Positions 1-15,312 of a stretch of 64,000 nucleotides of DNA are shown one piece after another. The position numbers and the translations under genes are program-made. The stretch comes from Eledone cirrhosa. Lineage: Eukaryota. The first letter of the stretch is position 1. The number at the start of each line of letters is the position of its first letter. The notes under the pieces were generated by a model. It searched no databases. It was not told where the DNA came from and saw only the letters and a program-made list of their open reading frames with translations. The DNA is taken from positions 88,350,001-88,414,000 of the forward strand of contig OZ024741.1 of the NCBI GenBank assembly GCA_964016885.1, written 5' to 3'.

Positions 1-1247
1 TACTTCTATATAGACAAAACAGCCTTTTGTTTTTAACTCTATATATGTTATTTGTAGTGGCTTAAGTTGTAATGTCAGAGATAAATGAAGGCAATAGATT
101 GTTAAAATCAGTTAGTTGAGTGTTGGACAGAGTATCTTGTGGTATTTAGTAAATTCTCTCTATGTGATTAGGAAGGTGTTAGAAAAGGCATAAACCAGTA
201 TAATAAATGCCAAAATTATGAGTACAATGTAAAATGATGATCAATCAGCCTACTAGAGATAGCAGTAAATTTCTCTCAAATTGCATGCGAGTCTTAAAAA
301 AGAAGGGCACAGTGGATACACATGATTAATCAGCTTGCTAGAAAAAGCAGCAAATCTCCTCTACATCACACACTACTTTCTTGAAAAAGAAGGGCATATT
401 GTATACACAATAATTCCCAAGGAAAAGGACAGGACAGTCATTGCAGGTGTGTCTGTCATGATAGGCCTGCTTAGCCAGAGCTGATTTTAGACTAAACAAA
501 AACAACGACAACAATGACAACTAAGTCATACTGATTCTAGTTTCTATAAAAACAGATCTATATTACTGGTAAAATTCCTCATCAATCCTACCTACTCACC
601 TACTCAAAGAATTTACGCTAAAATACATCTGAAGGGTAAATACTAGTAGATATATGAACATACAGTGTTATATGTACTAATAACAGCACTGTTTGTTGCT
701 GTTGTTATTAATGATGGTGGTGGGGTTGTGGTGGTGGTGGGGTTGTGGTATGTAATAGAGTCAGGGTTACTACTGTGAAGAGAATGTTCTGGCTCTTGCT
801 GGATTATTATGTAACATTGTATATCAGCATCTCCTGCTTACTTTTCATGTAATTTGATGATCTGAATGATTCAAGTAGTAGTGGTAGTGATGATGAGAAG
901 GAGGTGGAAGAGGAGGAAGATGATGATCGAGATAATCATGAGGAGGAGGAGGAGGATGATAATGATGATGAAAATTGTACTTTCGCTTCCAAACAGCTAT
1001 TTTTTAAAGTGGTTTAAGTTGTAATGTCAGAGGCAATTGAAGGAGGTTGAATGGCTGATATAGGGTCTTGCCATATTTAGTTACATCTTTTTATGTTCTA
1101 ATTCAAAATCCCATCAAGGCTGACTTTTATCCTTCTGACAGTTGATAGAACAAGCACCAGTTAAGTACATGGTTGATGTAATTGACTATACTTTCTCCCA
1201 AAATATGTGGCCTTGTGCCTATGTTAGAAATTATTATTATTATTATT

Positions 1248-1459
1248 GGCAGTATCGGAAGAATGTCAGACTATGCTTTGTGGCATAGAGTTACAACCCT
1301 TTAAATTCTGAGTTCGAATCCCGCCAAGGTTAACTTTGCCTTTCATCCTTACGGGTTTGATAAAATAAAGTACCAGTAATGCACTGGGGTGTTTTAATCG
1401 ACTTTCCCACCACCCCCAAAACTGTTGGCCTTGTGCCTAAATCAGAAACTATTATTATT
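1248..1459 (+). mobile_element. tRNA-derived SINE family 1 (representative copy; others at about 16349, 23560-24030, 24325-24512, 25240-25455, 32630-32795, 38238-38430, 51765-52370)
   Basis: A-box-like tggcagtatcgg, B-box gagttcgaatcc, core gcctttcatccttacggg...gataaaataaagtaccagt, ggccttgtgcc end and (tta)n tail, recurring many times. Confidence 0.8.
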
Positions 1460-2837
1460 GATAGAGCATCAGATGAAATGCTTTGTAATATTTAGTTACG
1501 ACTTTCTGTTTTCAGTTCAAATCCTTCCAGGGGTCAATAAAATAAAATACCAATAAAAGCAACTTTAATTATAGAAAAAAATCAATGGATATAATTAAAA
1601 TATTCAACACAATGAAATAAGTTTAAGTGTTACACTTTAAACAACCTTAACTATGAAACAAAATATAAATAAGAAAATTTATGAAATATGGAATTTCCAT
1701 GGGTTCCACTAGTTAATACTATAAGGATAAATAATGCTTTTGATATACTTTACTACAGAATATTTCTAAGAAGGGATCTTCAGTTGAGTCAATGACAGCA
1801 ACCTTTCTAGTGCTGGTCCCACAACAAATGTACCCAGTACACCCTATCAGGTAGTTGGCCATAGGGAAGGTATGCCTCTGTAGAAATCATGCCAAAGGGG
1901 GTCTAGAGGACTCTTTAGTTGTTTCTGGGGTATGTCAACCTCTCTAGAGTTGGTGATCTGCATGATAAATGATCACCCAGTACACTCAGTAAAGTGGTTG
2001 GGCATCCAGCCATAGAAATCTGGCCAAACAAAGGATTGGGAAGATTCTTCAGCTAAGCCAAAGACATGACAACTTCCCTAGTGTTGGTGCCATGATAAAA
2101 TGCACTTGGTAGAGCCAGGGTGATATGCCAAACCCCTAAGCTCCCAGCCCACCTGAGGGTCAGAGGTGCTACTTGAGTATTGACTAGTCTATGTCGATAT
2201 GTCCAACCCTTTCTATCAGGGAAAACAGATGATGATGATGATGATTTTAGCCAACATTGTATGTATCAGAATTGAAAATAATTTGGCTGATCCTACATTT
2301 TCTATCTATCCACAGAGATATTGAATAAGAAGAGAATGTATTTACACCTGTGAATACATACAGTTATGGTTAATATTTATAGCAGTATTCTCTAGTACAG
2401 TACAGTATTAAAACAAAACGCAGTTAACATAACAGTAAGTTATAAATATTAACTTTGTCATTCATCTTTCCAAAGATAATAAAATAATAATATGAAAAGG
2501 CTTCAAATGATATGAAAAACTGGATCAGGATGCTTTAGTTTGTTGAGAATTTAGCACTACATTATGGTGCCAACCAGTACAATAACAATGATAAATGAAA
2601 ACTGTTCTTTTGTTTCATTTGTTTATACCATATGCCAATGTATTTGAGCCAGATTCCAAGATATTTGTGCCACATGCCAAAGAATTTGTGGCACATACCA
2701 AGGAATGCACCGAAGACATTACAAGTAAGAAGTGTGAATCATCTCAACCAGAAAGAAATGATAAACAAAAACAAGTTATGTGAAATGATTCAACTAGGAA
2801 TTGAAACTTTATTGCAAACAATGTTTTTTTCTGTTTT

Positions 2838-3250
2838 CCTTTCATCTAGCCTCCTGTTATACCATAAAGGAGGTGTATATATCCTTTCATCTAGCCTCCT
2901 GTTATACCACGAAGGAGGTATATATAGCTATCCTTTCATCTTCCCTACTGCAAAGGAGGTATATAGAGCAATCCTTTCATTTCTCCAGCGATACAATCAA
3001 GGAGGTATATCATCATCATCATCATCATCATCATCACCGTTTTACGTCTGTTCTTCCACGCTAGCATGGGTTAGACGGGTTGTCCTGTTGTGAGCAGTGT
3101 CCGGTCGGCTGACCTTGTCTTGCTCATACGGGAACTGATTCTGGCTTGATTTCTACAGCTGGATGCCCTTCCTAACACAAACCTCAGGAAGGGCATGTAT
3201 ATGTAGCTATCTTTTCATTTCTCCAGCGATACAATCAAGGAGGTATATTT
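2838..3250. repeat. About 45-bp minisatellite interrupted by an RTE-A 3'-end copy (3010-3196, minus)
   Basis: Units atcctttcat...aaggaggtatat lie on both sides of an insert that is near-identical to the RTE-A 3' tail. Confidence 0.75.
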
Positions 3251-3289
3251 AGTCACCCCCAACAAAAAATGGTGAAAATGGTTTATCTG

Positions 3290-4190
3290 CCAAGATTTAA
3301 AAGAACTGTTCTGACATTTTGGCTCCCGGGCTGCACTATGTGATCATACTTGTTTTGGACATGGAATTTCCATCACAAAACTAGAGTGATGCAGTTCTTC
3401 TCCCTTTCTTCAAGAAGAGTGACAGGCACTCTTACAGCAACTATTGGGCCATCAGTTTGATAGACACAGTGGCCAGGATATTTGGCATTATTCTACTACA
3501 AAAATTTTAACATAAGTGAGATCAATGCAATTGGTCAAATCAGTGGTCAAATCAGTTTTCATTAGGGCCGAGGCTGCACACATTAAATTTTCACCATGAG
3601 AAGGGTTCTGGAACACTGCTAAAGTTACCAGCAGCAAACCTTCACTTGTTCTATGTACTTTGCAACAGCCTTTGGTACTCTTGATCGCAATGCACTTTGG
3701 GATATCATGATTGCAAATGGATTACCTGAGAAGCTGCAGAATTTAATTAGAGTTTATTGCAGCTCTACATAGCAAAGGTTTGCAATTATATTGAAGAATC
3801 TGACTCTTTCAAAATTCACTTTGGTATCTGGCAGGGCTGTGTTCCATCTCCAACACTCTTCAACTGTTGACTGATCATATAGCACGCCCTCAGGGGTTTC
3901 CTGAGCATCACTGTGAGACAAGACTGATCTTGACTACGCTGACAACCTTGCAATAATTGGCAATACCTACATCGATGTTCAATCAGCTATTGAACATCTC
4001 AGAGAGCATACAACACATGTTGGCATCTCACCATCTGATAAGGTCCCCATTATACTGAAATGTAAAATTTTAGAATTCAATCAATTCAACTTTCTCAGCA
4101 CCTGCTTCACTGCCACAGGCCAAAATAAATGTCCACATCAACCATGGACATGCTGCATTCTGTTGTCTTTAAAGCCTACTCTGCTCTAGA
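3290..4190 (+). mobile_element. Highly degenerate RTE-type LINE RT fragment
   Basis: Broken frames give PFFKKSDR..SNYWAISL, RGRGC..IFTMRRVLE, GIWQGCVPSPTLFN and DLDYADNLA. Confidence 0.75.
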
Positions 4191-5243
4191 TTGAAGATTA
4201 ATCATCGTCTTTGTCATCTTTTTTACATCAACCTTTCTGTGTTGGCATAGGATAGACAGGACTTTTTGAGACAATGTTTTACAGTTAGATACCCTTCTAC
4301 AGTTAGATACCCTTTTAATCACTTTTTGCAAGGATATGGTGTATCTATTCTAAACTAGATACACACGGTCTATTAACTATTAACTGGACATTCTATACCA
4401 TATAAGTAAATTTAGACATTATATGTTGATGAAAGTAAGAGATCCAATTTCAAATGAAACTTACAGCTTATTTACTGAGAATCAATTAGTGAAGTGGTAA
4501 TTTGGGTATCTACTTGTGTTTGTTGCACATGCATATGCACATAGATACAGATACAGATAGAAATAGAAATTTTAAGTAGTGATGTATTTGTTTTGCAAGG
4601 TTTTTGATATGCAATTGTGTGTTGAAACACATATCTGTGACATCCTCAGTAATAATCATGTTTCCGTGTTTCTCCCATTGTATTCCAATAGATATGTGTG
4701 ACAAAAGAACTTTGAGAAACTATACTTATATTTATATTAACTGTTGGTCAATAATAAACATTGATTGCCAGCTAAATTATTTATAGAAATATAAAAATAT
4801 ACTGAAGCGAAAACCAAACCCAACAGTGAGTGTGTTTTACTATTTTTATCTGGCGATATTAGGACAACATGGACCCCACCCCGCAAATATAACAATATAA
4901 ATTCTAAGCAAGATCTAGTAAAAATTTAAAAAAAAGGAAAAGTGTTGCTTAGGCTCCAGGTTGGCTCTGATTGAGCAGATCAAAAGATTTCTAGCAGTGA
5001 CCATGTTTTTTGTATATCTAGAACTACATTGTTCAGTATTTTCCAGCTATTTCTAGCAGGTTGAGTAACCATGTGAGGCTCTTTCTGTATACATTCACAA
5101 GTGCTGTGATATGACCATACCAAAAATGTTCAACTCCATTATACTCAGTCTTTCTAGCTGTAAATAAGTAAAAAAAAACTATGATGAACTACAACTGACT
5201 GAGGATATTGTCTCACGAATGGATGTTTTGTTCACTTGATATG

Positions 5244-5448
5244 TTAATCCTTTATCATTTACATTACTCTTGTATTTTCACAGGAAAGGCTTTATCTCAC
5301 ATAATATCGAATCTACAAGATTTTGATACTATTTATTTTGAGAACAACACCTTAACATAAGTATGAGTGACTAGTTACAGCTGGTTTGAACAGAAAGAGG
5401 TGAGCGAATTCTGGCCGAATACAGCTGGTTTAAATGCTAAAGGGTTAA
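5244..5448. mobile_element. piggyBac-type MITE copy 1
   Basis: TTAA-flanked, TIR ccctttagcattt (left end degenerate), shared internal sequence. Confidence 0.8.
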
Positions 5449-7299
5449 ATTAAAATTCTTTGCATCTTGATCTTAACCAAAATAATAAAACAACAGTATT
5501 TGGGTATAAACCTCATGTGAGTCTTTTAATTGTTTATTTCCACCTTCAGCAGAGTATGGGAAAGGGTAGCAGGATTTGAACTCAGAATACACCAAGCTGG
5601 AACAGATACCACAAAGCATCCTATTTGACTTTTAAAATGATTTTCGCCAATCCACCACTCCTGGAGTGATACTTTATTTTATCAATCCTGAATAGATGAA
5701 AAACAAAGTTTACCTCAACAGGATCTAAAAAACCAGAACAAATACACAGGTATTTAATCCAATGCTCTAATGAGCATTTACAGGCCAATTTGTGGCCTAT
5801 TAAACCTCATGTGAGTAGCGTGCAATATATTAGTCACATAATCGGTACAAAGCATTGGGTTGGTTTAATTTATTTTTTATAACATTTTTATGAACTACTT
5901 TAGTGTTGAAAGCAACATGGATGTATCTACGTAACTAGTGCAGAATAAATACCACAAGTTATTATCTTTAGGTAGCATGACACATTGAATGACAAAGTTG
6001 AATCTTTGAATAACATTACAATCAATCTAACAAGCTTCCAAACAACTTCCATCAACCTAATTTCACTCACAAAGTTTGTGCTAATCTAGTTTTATAATAA
6101 AAGACACTTGCCTAAGATGCCATACCATACAGTGGGACCAAACCAGTTCCTGATGAGCGTTCCAGCTGATTTGATCAACAGAACAGCCTGTTCGTGAAAT
6201 TAATGTGCAAGTAGCTGAGCACTCCACAGATATTTTTACCTTAACATAGTTCTCAGGGAGATTCAGTGTGTGCCCTTTGAAATAAAGGTACAATTCATTT
6301 TTGCCAGCTGAGTGGACTTGAGCAATGTGAAATAAAGTGACTTTCTCTAAGACATAATGCACTACTGGGAATCAAACTCACAACTTTACGATCATGACCA
6401 AATACCATAACCACTAAGCTACATACCTTCACTTGTGTCAATGTAAACATATAATAAATATGATACTTGAAGCCAGTTAGGTAGTGTAACAATTGAAAAA
6501 CATAAAAGACTAACTAAATGAATCAATATTTGCTATTCTAATATTAATGTCAAAAATAGACATATGAAATTAGGAAATTAGTTTTAGAATCAGACAATAC
6601 TGAGGATCAATGAATATGTAGCTACAGTTTGGCTTTAAAATACCTGATATTTATATAAAATTATGTATAGAACATTCTTTTTATCATTTACCAGATCTCT
6701 ACATTCTAGTTTCAAATCACAACAGGGTTTATTTTAAGGAAATTTTTGAACTGCATAAATCTTTGAAGCGGGTGCTATGACCCAGTGTTTGATATTCTTG
6801 GGGCTATTTTTAACATTTTATGAGTGTTTTAAGTTTGTTAACCATCATTTACCATGTGAGTGTCTGTAGTATTTGACACAAAATGTAAACTTACTGTACA
6901 AAATTAGATTTAGAACTATACAAGCAGGGGACAACTGCATGTTAAAATAATCACATCACTACCTAACAAGGTCAACTTTGATCCTTCCAGAGTCGGTAAA
7001 ATAAAATATCAGTCAAACAGTGGTTTTGATTTAATCAACAGATCCTTCCCTACAACATTTTGGGCCTTACACCCATGTAAAAGATTATTATTATTCTAAA
7101 CAAACATTGGGTGTTTAAAAAATTATTGAGATGAAGTGTTGAGTATATTTGAAATTTATAGAAAAATTGAAATCTTCAATGCCATCAATGACAACAGCAT
7201 GGAAGTTGGGTAAAATACCCCTAAGGACAGAAAACTGTTCGAGTTTTCAACTTTTTCTATAAATTATTATTATGACTATTATATTTTCTTCACTCAGCT

Positions 7300-9370
7300 T
7301 CCAACAATGGAGATATATTACTGTGTTAGTTGTTTATTACAAGTGAACTAAGGTAACACTCTTTATTTTTTAAGCACCCTCTAGAGTATTTGAGCTGTTC
7401 CAAGCACTGCTGTTTTTTGCAAGTGCTCCACTCTTATTGCAACCCCTATTTGTTCAATGTACATCTCAAGATCTTTACTTACTGTTTCTAAGGATTCAAC
7501 TATTATTGATATTACTACCACCTTTTTCAGTGACCACTACTGCTTAATCCCCTAAACTAACCTGTCATGTCTATCGACTTTTTCTCCTTCTTTACCACAT
7601 ACCTTGTTATCAGCTGGATATGAAATAATTATGATCCAGCACTGTTTGCTTTCTCAATTATCATAATATCTGGTTTCTTATTCTCTATCTCATGGTCACA
7701 CTGAATCATAAAATCTTACAGGATCTTTGCATTATAATTTTCAATAATGCCTTCAGGCTTATGTTTGTACCACTTTTCTGCCTTGTCAAGTCCATACTAG
7801 CTGTATAGTACCCCTTGCTACACTGTTGTGATGCCCCTTATATTCCTTCTGAGCCAATGGTGTGCATTGACTGGTAATATGCCATACAGTTTCTCCATTC
7901 TCACTACAAATTCTACACTTATGATTTTCTGTTATGTGCTCTACTCTGTATTTGATAACATTGGTTTTTAGAGTTACTCTTTTAATGAAATACCCCATAT
8001 CTAATCAATAGTTTTCTTGTCTTTTGGTCTAAGCTGTTTAGCTCTTTTACTGTCCATGTGATCAACCCTGCTCCATATCTGAAGAATGAAACTGGGCATG
8101 TGTTGATAGCTTCAATCTTATTCCATACAAGTCTCAGTCTGCAAAGCTATTCCACCTTAAATTTTTCTTTCATTTCCTCCTCCATTACTTTGTCCATTTG
8201 CAATATCCCTAAGTACTTATAACCTTCCTCTTCTATTTGCTTCATAACCTCCCCTGATGGCAGCACCAACCCATCCATGTATCTAATTTTGCCTCTGTTC
8301 AAACTAACACACCACACTTTTTCAATCCAAACTCAATTCTGATGTCAGCACTAAATGTATACACTGTATCAACGAGGGAACTGACCTAGAATTCATCCTT
8401 ACCATAAAGCTTGAGGTTGTCCATGAATAACAAGTGGCTAACCTTTGGAATTCATACCCAGCCTTAGCTATCCTCAAAATCCTTGTCAGTGGTATCATGC
8501 GCAGTACAAAAATCATTGGTGAAATATACCTTCTTTGATTTCTATTGTCCCTAAGCTTCTTCCACTTGCTGGCTGTCAGTTTTGTCTTCTGCTTCTCCAT
8601 ACCTTTCCTTAACCCTTTATCATTTACATTACTCTATATATACTATTGTATTTTTGCTTTATCTCACATAATTATCTTATATAATATCGAATCTATGAGA
8701 TTTCAATGTTATTTATTTTGAGAACAATACCTTGATATCAGTATGAGTGGCCAGTTACAGCCGGTTGGGCAGAAAGAGGTGAGAGAATTCTGGCCAGATA
8801 TGGCCGGTTTAAATGCTAAAGGGTTAAGAATCTCTCAACATTCATTGCAATACTAAATAGGTTCATACATTCCATGATCCAAGTGTGCAGAATCATGTCA
8901 TAGGCTTTACAGTAATCAATCCATGGCCAAGTTGGTTTTCTTCCTCTTGCTATCCCTAAGTATTGTTTTATCCATCAAAAGCTGGTTCTTGGTACCTCAG
9001 CACTTATGCTTACATCTTTTCTGCTCATCTGATAGAACTTCATTTTCTTCAAGATGCCTGTACTCTGCAATTATTCCAATCAACAACTTCCACATAAGTG
9101 GTAAGCTTGATATTGGTCTGTAGTTGTCTACTGCATTCCCTTTCATGATGTCTTTCAGGCACAAAACTATCCTACCCTTTGTCAGCCACTTCAATATCAC
9201 TTGGTCAGTATTTAACAACATGTTGAGTTGTTAATGCATGACATTAAATACATTTTTGATCAAGTAGCCTTGAACTCCATCTAGAGACTTCCAATTGATC
9301 ATCTTTTTGCTCACTTCTTTCATGTCTCTAACTGAAATGTCTAGTTCTGCTTGCTGTGAGTCCTGATATG
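7300..9370 (-). mobile_element. Degenerate R4/Dong-like non-LTR retrotransposon (RT, Zn knuckle, restriction-like endonuclease)
   Basis: [19 protein letters not shown]...EQKRC, IDYCKAYD, CRICSENGETVWHITSQCTPLAQKEYKGHHNSVA, DFMIQCDHEIENKKPDI and LQKTAVLGTAQIL, with many stops and frameshifts. Confidence 0.85.
8609..8827. mobile_element. piggyBac-type MITE copy 2, nested in the R4-like LINE
   Basis: ttaa-ccctt...aaggg-ttaa, with LINE sequence continuing on both sides. Confidence 0.85.
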
Positions 9371-10419
9371 GCTATTATTATTATTCAGATAAATGTTATA
9401 TCTAGATTTTGATATTTGGATAATTTCTCCATCTTTTTTGAGAGATATATTATCATTTGTTGGAATTGATACAGTTTTTTTTCCCGATGATCTCTGACAA
9501 CAATATCTGATTGATTAGCCCTGACCATCCTGTCTGTGTATATTGACAAATCCTAAAGTATGTTTTTTTTGTTATTCTCTAAGACCTTTTTTGGTGTATA
9601 CCTCTGTGTGTGAGTCTCTATGTGTTTGTGTGTGAATAGGGGAAAGGAGTGAAGCAGCTGCGCCACACCCTTGTAGCAGTGCAGTGTTTGATAAATGTGT
9701 AATGAGAAATAAGTTATGATATGTGGTTTAGTGGTTAGGATGTTGGACTGATAATCCTAATGTTGTAGGTTCAATTCTTGGACCAGGTGATGCATTGTAT
9801 TCTTGAGCAAAATGCTTCATTTCATGTTGCTTTTTATGATAGGAGTGGATCAATGAGAAATAAGACATCTACCATGATTTGAAAGTAAGAAAATCTGGAA
9901 TAGTGCAGTCACACATCCTCATCATTTAACATCCACTTTTCCAGCTAGCAATGGTTTAACAAGTAGTCATAAACCAAGTCTATATTCAAGTGGAGCTACT
10001 AACTTTTCAGATGGGATGGGGCCTTGCATTTTGCTTTCATATGTTCCCAGACTCAGTTGAACGCTTAGATGAGCTGAGGGCCTGCATCTCACTTTCTTAT
10101 GTTTCCACACTCTACCAAGTGCATTTTATCATGATACCAACACTGGCTGAAGATTCCTTCTAACCTTTGGTTTGGCAAGACTTCCACAGCTGGATGCCCT
10201 TCCTCTCACCAGCTATTTTATAGAGTGTACTGGTTACGTTCATTGTGTAGATCACCAACACTAGGGAGGTTGTCATGTCTTTGACACAACCAAAGAGTCC
10301 TTTTGACTCTTTGTTTGGCCAGTTTTCTATAGTTAGATGCCCTTCCTACCACCAATGAAATACTTATCGTTTACTATCAGATAAGCTATATTTAAAAAAG
10401 AAACTTTTCTGTTAATTAC

Positions 10420-10530
10420 CTTGTCCTTACAGTCCACATGAACTTTGCCACTGTCCAGAACTTTACATAACTGCTCCAGGTTACCTTGCAATGCTGCCAG
10501 GTGCAGTTGCTGATCAGATGGGGTTTCTTT
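10420..10530 (-). CDS. ANKRD29: Internal coding exon (37 codons, KETPSDQQLHLAALQGNLEQLCKVLDSGKVHVDCKDK) of an ankyrin repeat domain-containing protein 29-like gene
   Basis: On the minus strand, a T-rich tract plus ...ttacag acceptor ends at 10531 and the donor is AAG|gtaatt at 10419. The exon is 111 nt and phase 0 at both ends. The peptide matches the ANKRD29 N-terminus from memory (KETP...AA..GNL..L..LL.SG.V.VDC.D). Confidence 0.88.
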
Positions 10531-10630
10531 CTGTAACAACAAAAATAAAACAAATTTATAATTATAATAACAAATATAAAATTATATCAGGGTAAATAAC
10601 ATTTTTGGTCAATTTATGGAGCATTAGCAA

Positions 10631-10835
10631 ATTTGAAAATACAGTCACCACAGTATAGATAACTATAATGATAGTTAAATAAATCAAGTAAATTACCCCT
10701 GGAGGCAATATGAGAGATGTGTGTTTCAATTCCCATCAGGTGTTTCTGTTCATTTTTTCTGGCTCCAGGGTTAATTTACTTGATTTATTTAACTATTATT
10801 ATAGTTATCTACATTGTGGTGATTATATTTTCAAA
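10631..10835. repeat. Fold-back element (about 75-bp arms) around a tRNA B-box remnant
   Basis: The left arm tttgaaaat...cccctggag is the reverse complement of the right arm ctccagggg...ttttcaaa. The centre is gtttcaattccc. Confidence 0.8.
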
Positions 10836-11477
10836 TAATTCAAGCAATTTATTGGATCATACATAGTAAAAGTGACTCATTTTAATATGTTTATATGCTG
10901 TAGAAAGGATGTAATTACTGACATTTCAAGTAAAGAAGCCCTTCTTCAGCGAGAGACAGTTCAAGTATTTTGAATAACATTAAGCAAATATTAAAACTGG
11001 CTGTGTACATGAGTGAACATCTGTGTGCGTGCGTGCATGTGTGTCATGCCATGTGAGGAAGAAAGAAAAAGACAGAAGTTAAAAGGGAAAGAGATTAACA
11101 AAGAAAAAAAAAATAGAAATGGAAAAGATGGAGGGAGACAAACTTTCAGTTTATGAATACAACTTTTTTTTCACTACTGCTGATGTTGTTGCTGTTGTTT
11201 TATACTCATGTTAGTGCTAGTCAGTCCTGATCAATCAAACTTATAACACATAGGTAGTTCGCTAACTAGCTCTGATCCACAAAGCAAGTTCTCTAGAAAG
11301 ACCTAGTCATTGTCTAGCTGGAGATCACATTAGGTAGCATGATATACATTGTTGTTTCTTGTAAGACATGCAGTATGGCAGTCTGGATACATGTCATTTT
11401 TACTATAGTCCAGTTAATCTCCATATGCTCATATGATGAAGAGTAGTGTTCAGGTCGCCTTATATATATATATATTT

Positions 11478-11746
11478 CTGCAAAGTGGTCGTGGAGGTGC
11501 CACGGCAAAAAAGCACCCAGCCCACACTGTAAAGGGGACGTGTAGGCGCAACGGAAAAAAGCACCCAGCGTTCACTGTAAATGAGGTTGGTGTTAGGAAG
11601 GGCATCCAGCTGTAGAAATCAAGCCAGAATCAGTTCCCGTATGAGCAAGACAAGGTCAGCCGACCGGACACTGCCCACAACAGGACAACCCGTCTAACCC
11701 ATGCTAGCATGGAAGAAAGGGCGTAAACCGGTGATGATGATGATGA
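11478..11746 (+). mobile_element. Solo RTE-A 3'-end / SINE-like copy
   Basis: Near-identical to 36560-36834, with a (tga)n tail. Confidence 0.85.
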
Positions 11747-11764
11747 TTATATATATATATATAT

Positions 11765-11958
11765 ATAGGAACAAGTAAGACCCCGACGGCTGAGCTCAAG
11801 CCATTTCGACGGCTAATTCTGTACCAGAATTAGCCGTCGAAACGGCTTGAGCTCAGCCGTCGGGGTCTTACTTGTTCCTATTACCCACTCTACTACCCTA
11901 AGTATTGAGTACTTTGGTGCGTTATGGTCCACCTGGTTCCTTACCACATTTCCTTCGT
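11765..11958 (+). mobile_element. TA-flanked fold-back mini-element containing the 3' half of a hammerhead ribozyme
   Basis: 57-bp arms with one mismatch (11765-11821 / 11825-11881). The right arm has GAAA-CGGCT-loop-AGCCG-TC. Confidence 0.65.
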
Positions 11959-13828
<1,870 letters not shown>

Positions 13829-15114
13829 GCATGGCTAAGTGGTTAGGATGCTTGACTCATGATCATAAAGTCATGAGTTTGATACCTGATAGTGTGTTGT
13901 ATTCTTGAGCAAGACACTTTCACATAGCTTAAGTCCACTCAGCTGGAAAAGATGATTCATACCTATAATTCAATGGACCAGCTTTACCTTACACAATGTC
14001 ACACAGAAACTATGAAAACTACATAAATGGTATATGAGTGTGTGGAATGGTCAGCCATTTGCACACTCATTTCATGAGCAGGCTGTGCCATTGATTAAAT
14101 GGCAGAAACACTCATTTGAACCAATGGCAGGCCAACACCCACTCACACTCACACACACACACACATATATATATGTCAAGGAAACAAACAAACTAGAGGA
14201 TGCAATAACACAAGGTGTATTAATTTCACACTATATATATATATGCCATTTAAGTTGTGTGGTTTATCAATAAGTAGAACTGGTCATTCCGGTTAGTAAG
14301 CCATAATGCAATAAATTAAAGCACTCAACATTATGCAAATCATCCACTGTAGATGGGGTATCTCATGGCTGGAGCAGGAATGGAGTTAAATATTCATTTA
14401 AAAACAATGGAAGACTAGCTTGGAAACATTCTTTAAAGTTTTAATGTTTCAAAAACATTATACATATTTCAATGGTCTAGTTACACCATCTGGTCATGAA
14501 GCAAGACTTAGATGATTTCAACAGGGGTCAATTGCAAAATGAATTATATAATATAACAGCATTATAGCAAATACAAACAGAGAATAGAGAATAGATTTGA
14601 TTTGGGGATGGCTTGCCAATTCGGTGTTATAGTAATGGCAAACCATATGATATAATTAACAGTCTTTGGTCTTCTTTTCAATGTAATACTTGCTCTATGA
14701 GTATACTTAGACATTTGAAACAATGAGTTCATACACATAAATCTTGTATGTAACTTTCTGAGTAGTTTACTGTAATAAATCTCATATTTTGAGTTGTAAT
14801 AACTTCTTTGCCTACCCTTAACCGTTTTCTTATTCAAAAACGTTTTATTTTAAATTAATATATATATATATACACACACACATACATAATTCTTTCACAC
14901 CCCAGTCTCTATTATTGTTTACATCCAGCACTCCTTTTCTTCCTCTCTTCTTATACTCTGCCTTCATCACCTCTGTAGAAGAGGTCTCTTTAGTCTTGCA
15001 GAAGGTTTGACCATGTTGATGTCATGATAAAATGCACCTAGTACACTCTGTAAATTGGTTGACAATAGTAGACAACATGCCAAAACTGGAATGCAAAAAA
15101 GTACAATGTGATCC

Positions 15115-15312
15115 TTAACCCTTTAGCATTTAAACCAGCCATATCCGGCCAAACTTCTCTCACCTCTTTCTGTTCAAATCGGCAGTAACTGGTCGCTCAT
15201 ATTGACGTTAAGGTATTGTTCTTAAAATAAATAATATCAAAATCTCATAGCTTCGATATTATTGGAAAAATACAATAATAAATATTGAGTAATGTAAATG
15301 CTAAAGGGTTAA
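15115..15312. mobile_element. piggyBac-type MITE copy 3 (opposite orientation)
   Basis: ttaaccctttagcattta...taaatgctaaagggttaa. Confidence 0.85.

Noticed and set aside
2595-3093. ORFs of 62-153 aa
   Set aside because: No recognisable domain, and they run through a minisatellite and SINE.
1-10419. Next ankyrin exon (GTT-type start) of the ANKRD29-like gene
   Set aside because: Not found by eye. It probably lies beyond the window start, although a missed short exon cannot be excluded.
10333-10542. 69-aa ORF as a complete protein
   Set aside because: Only 10420-10530 is exonic. The rest is read-through across splice sites.
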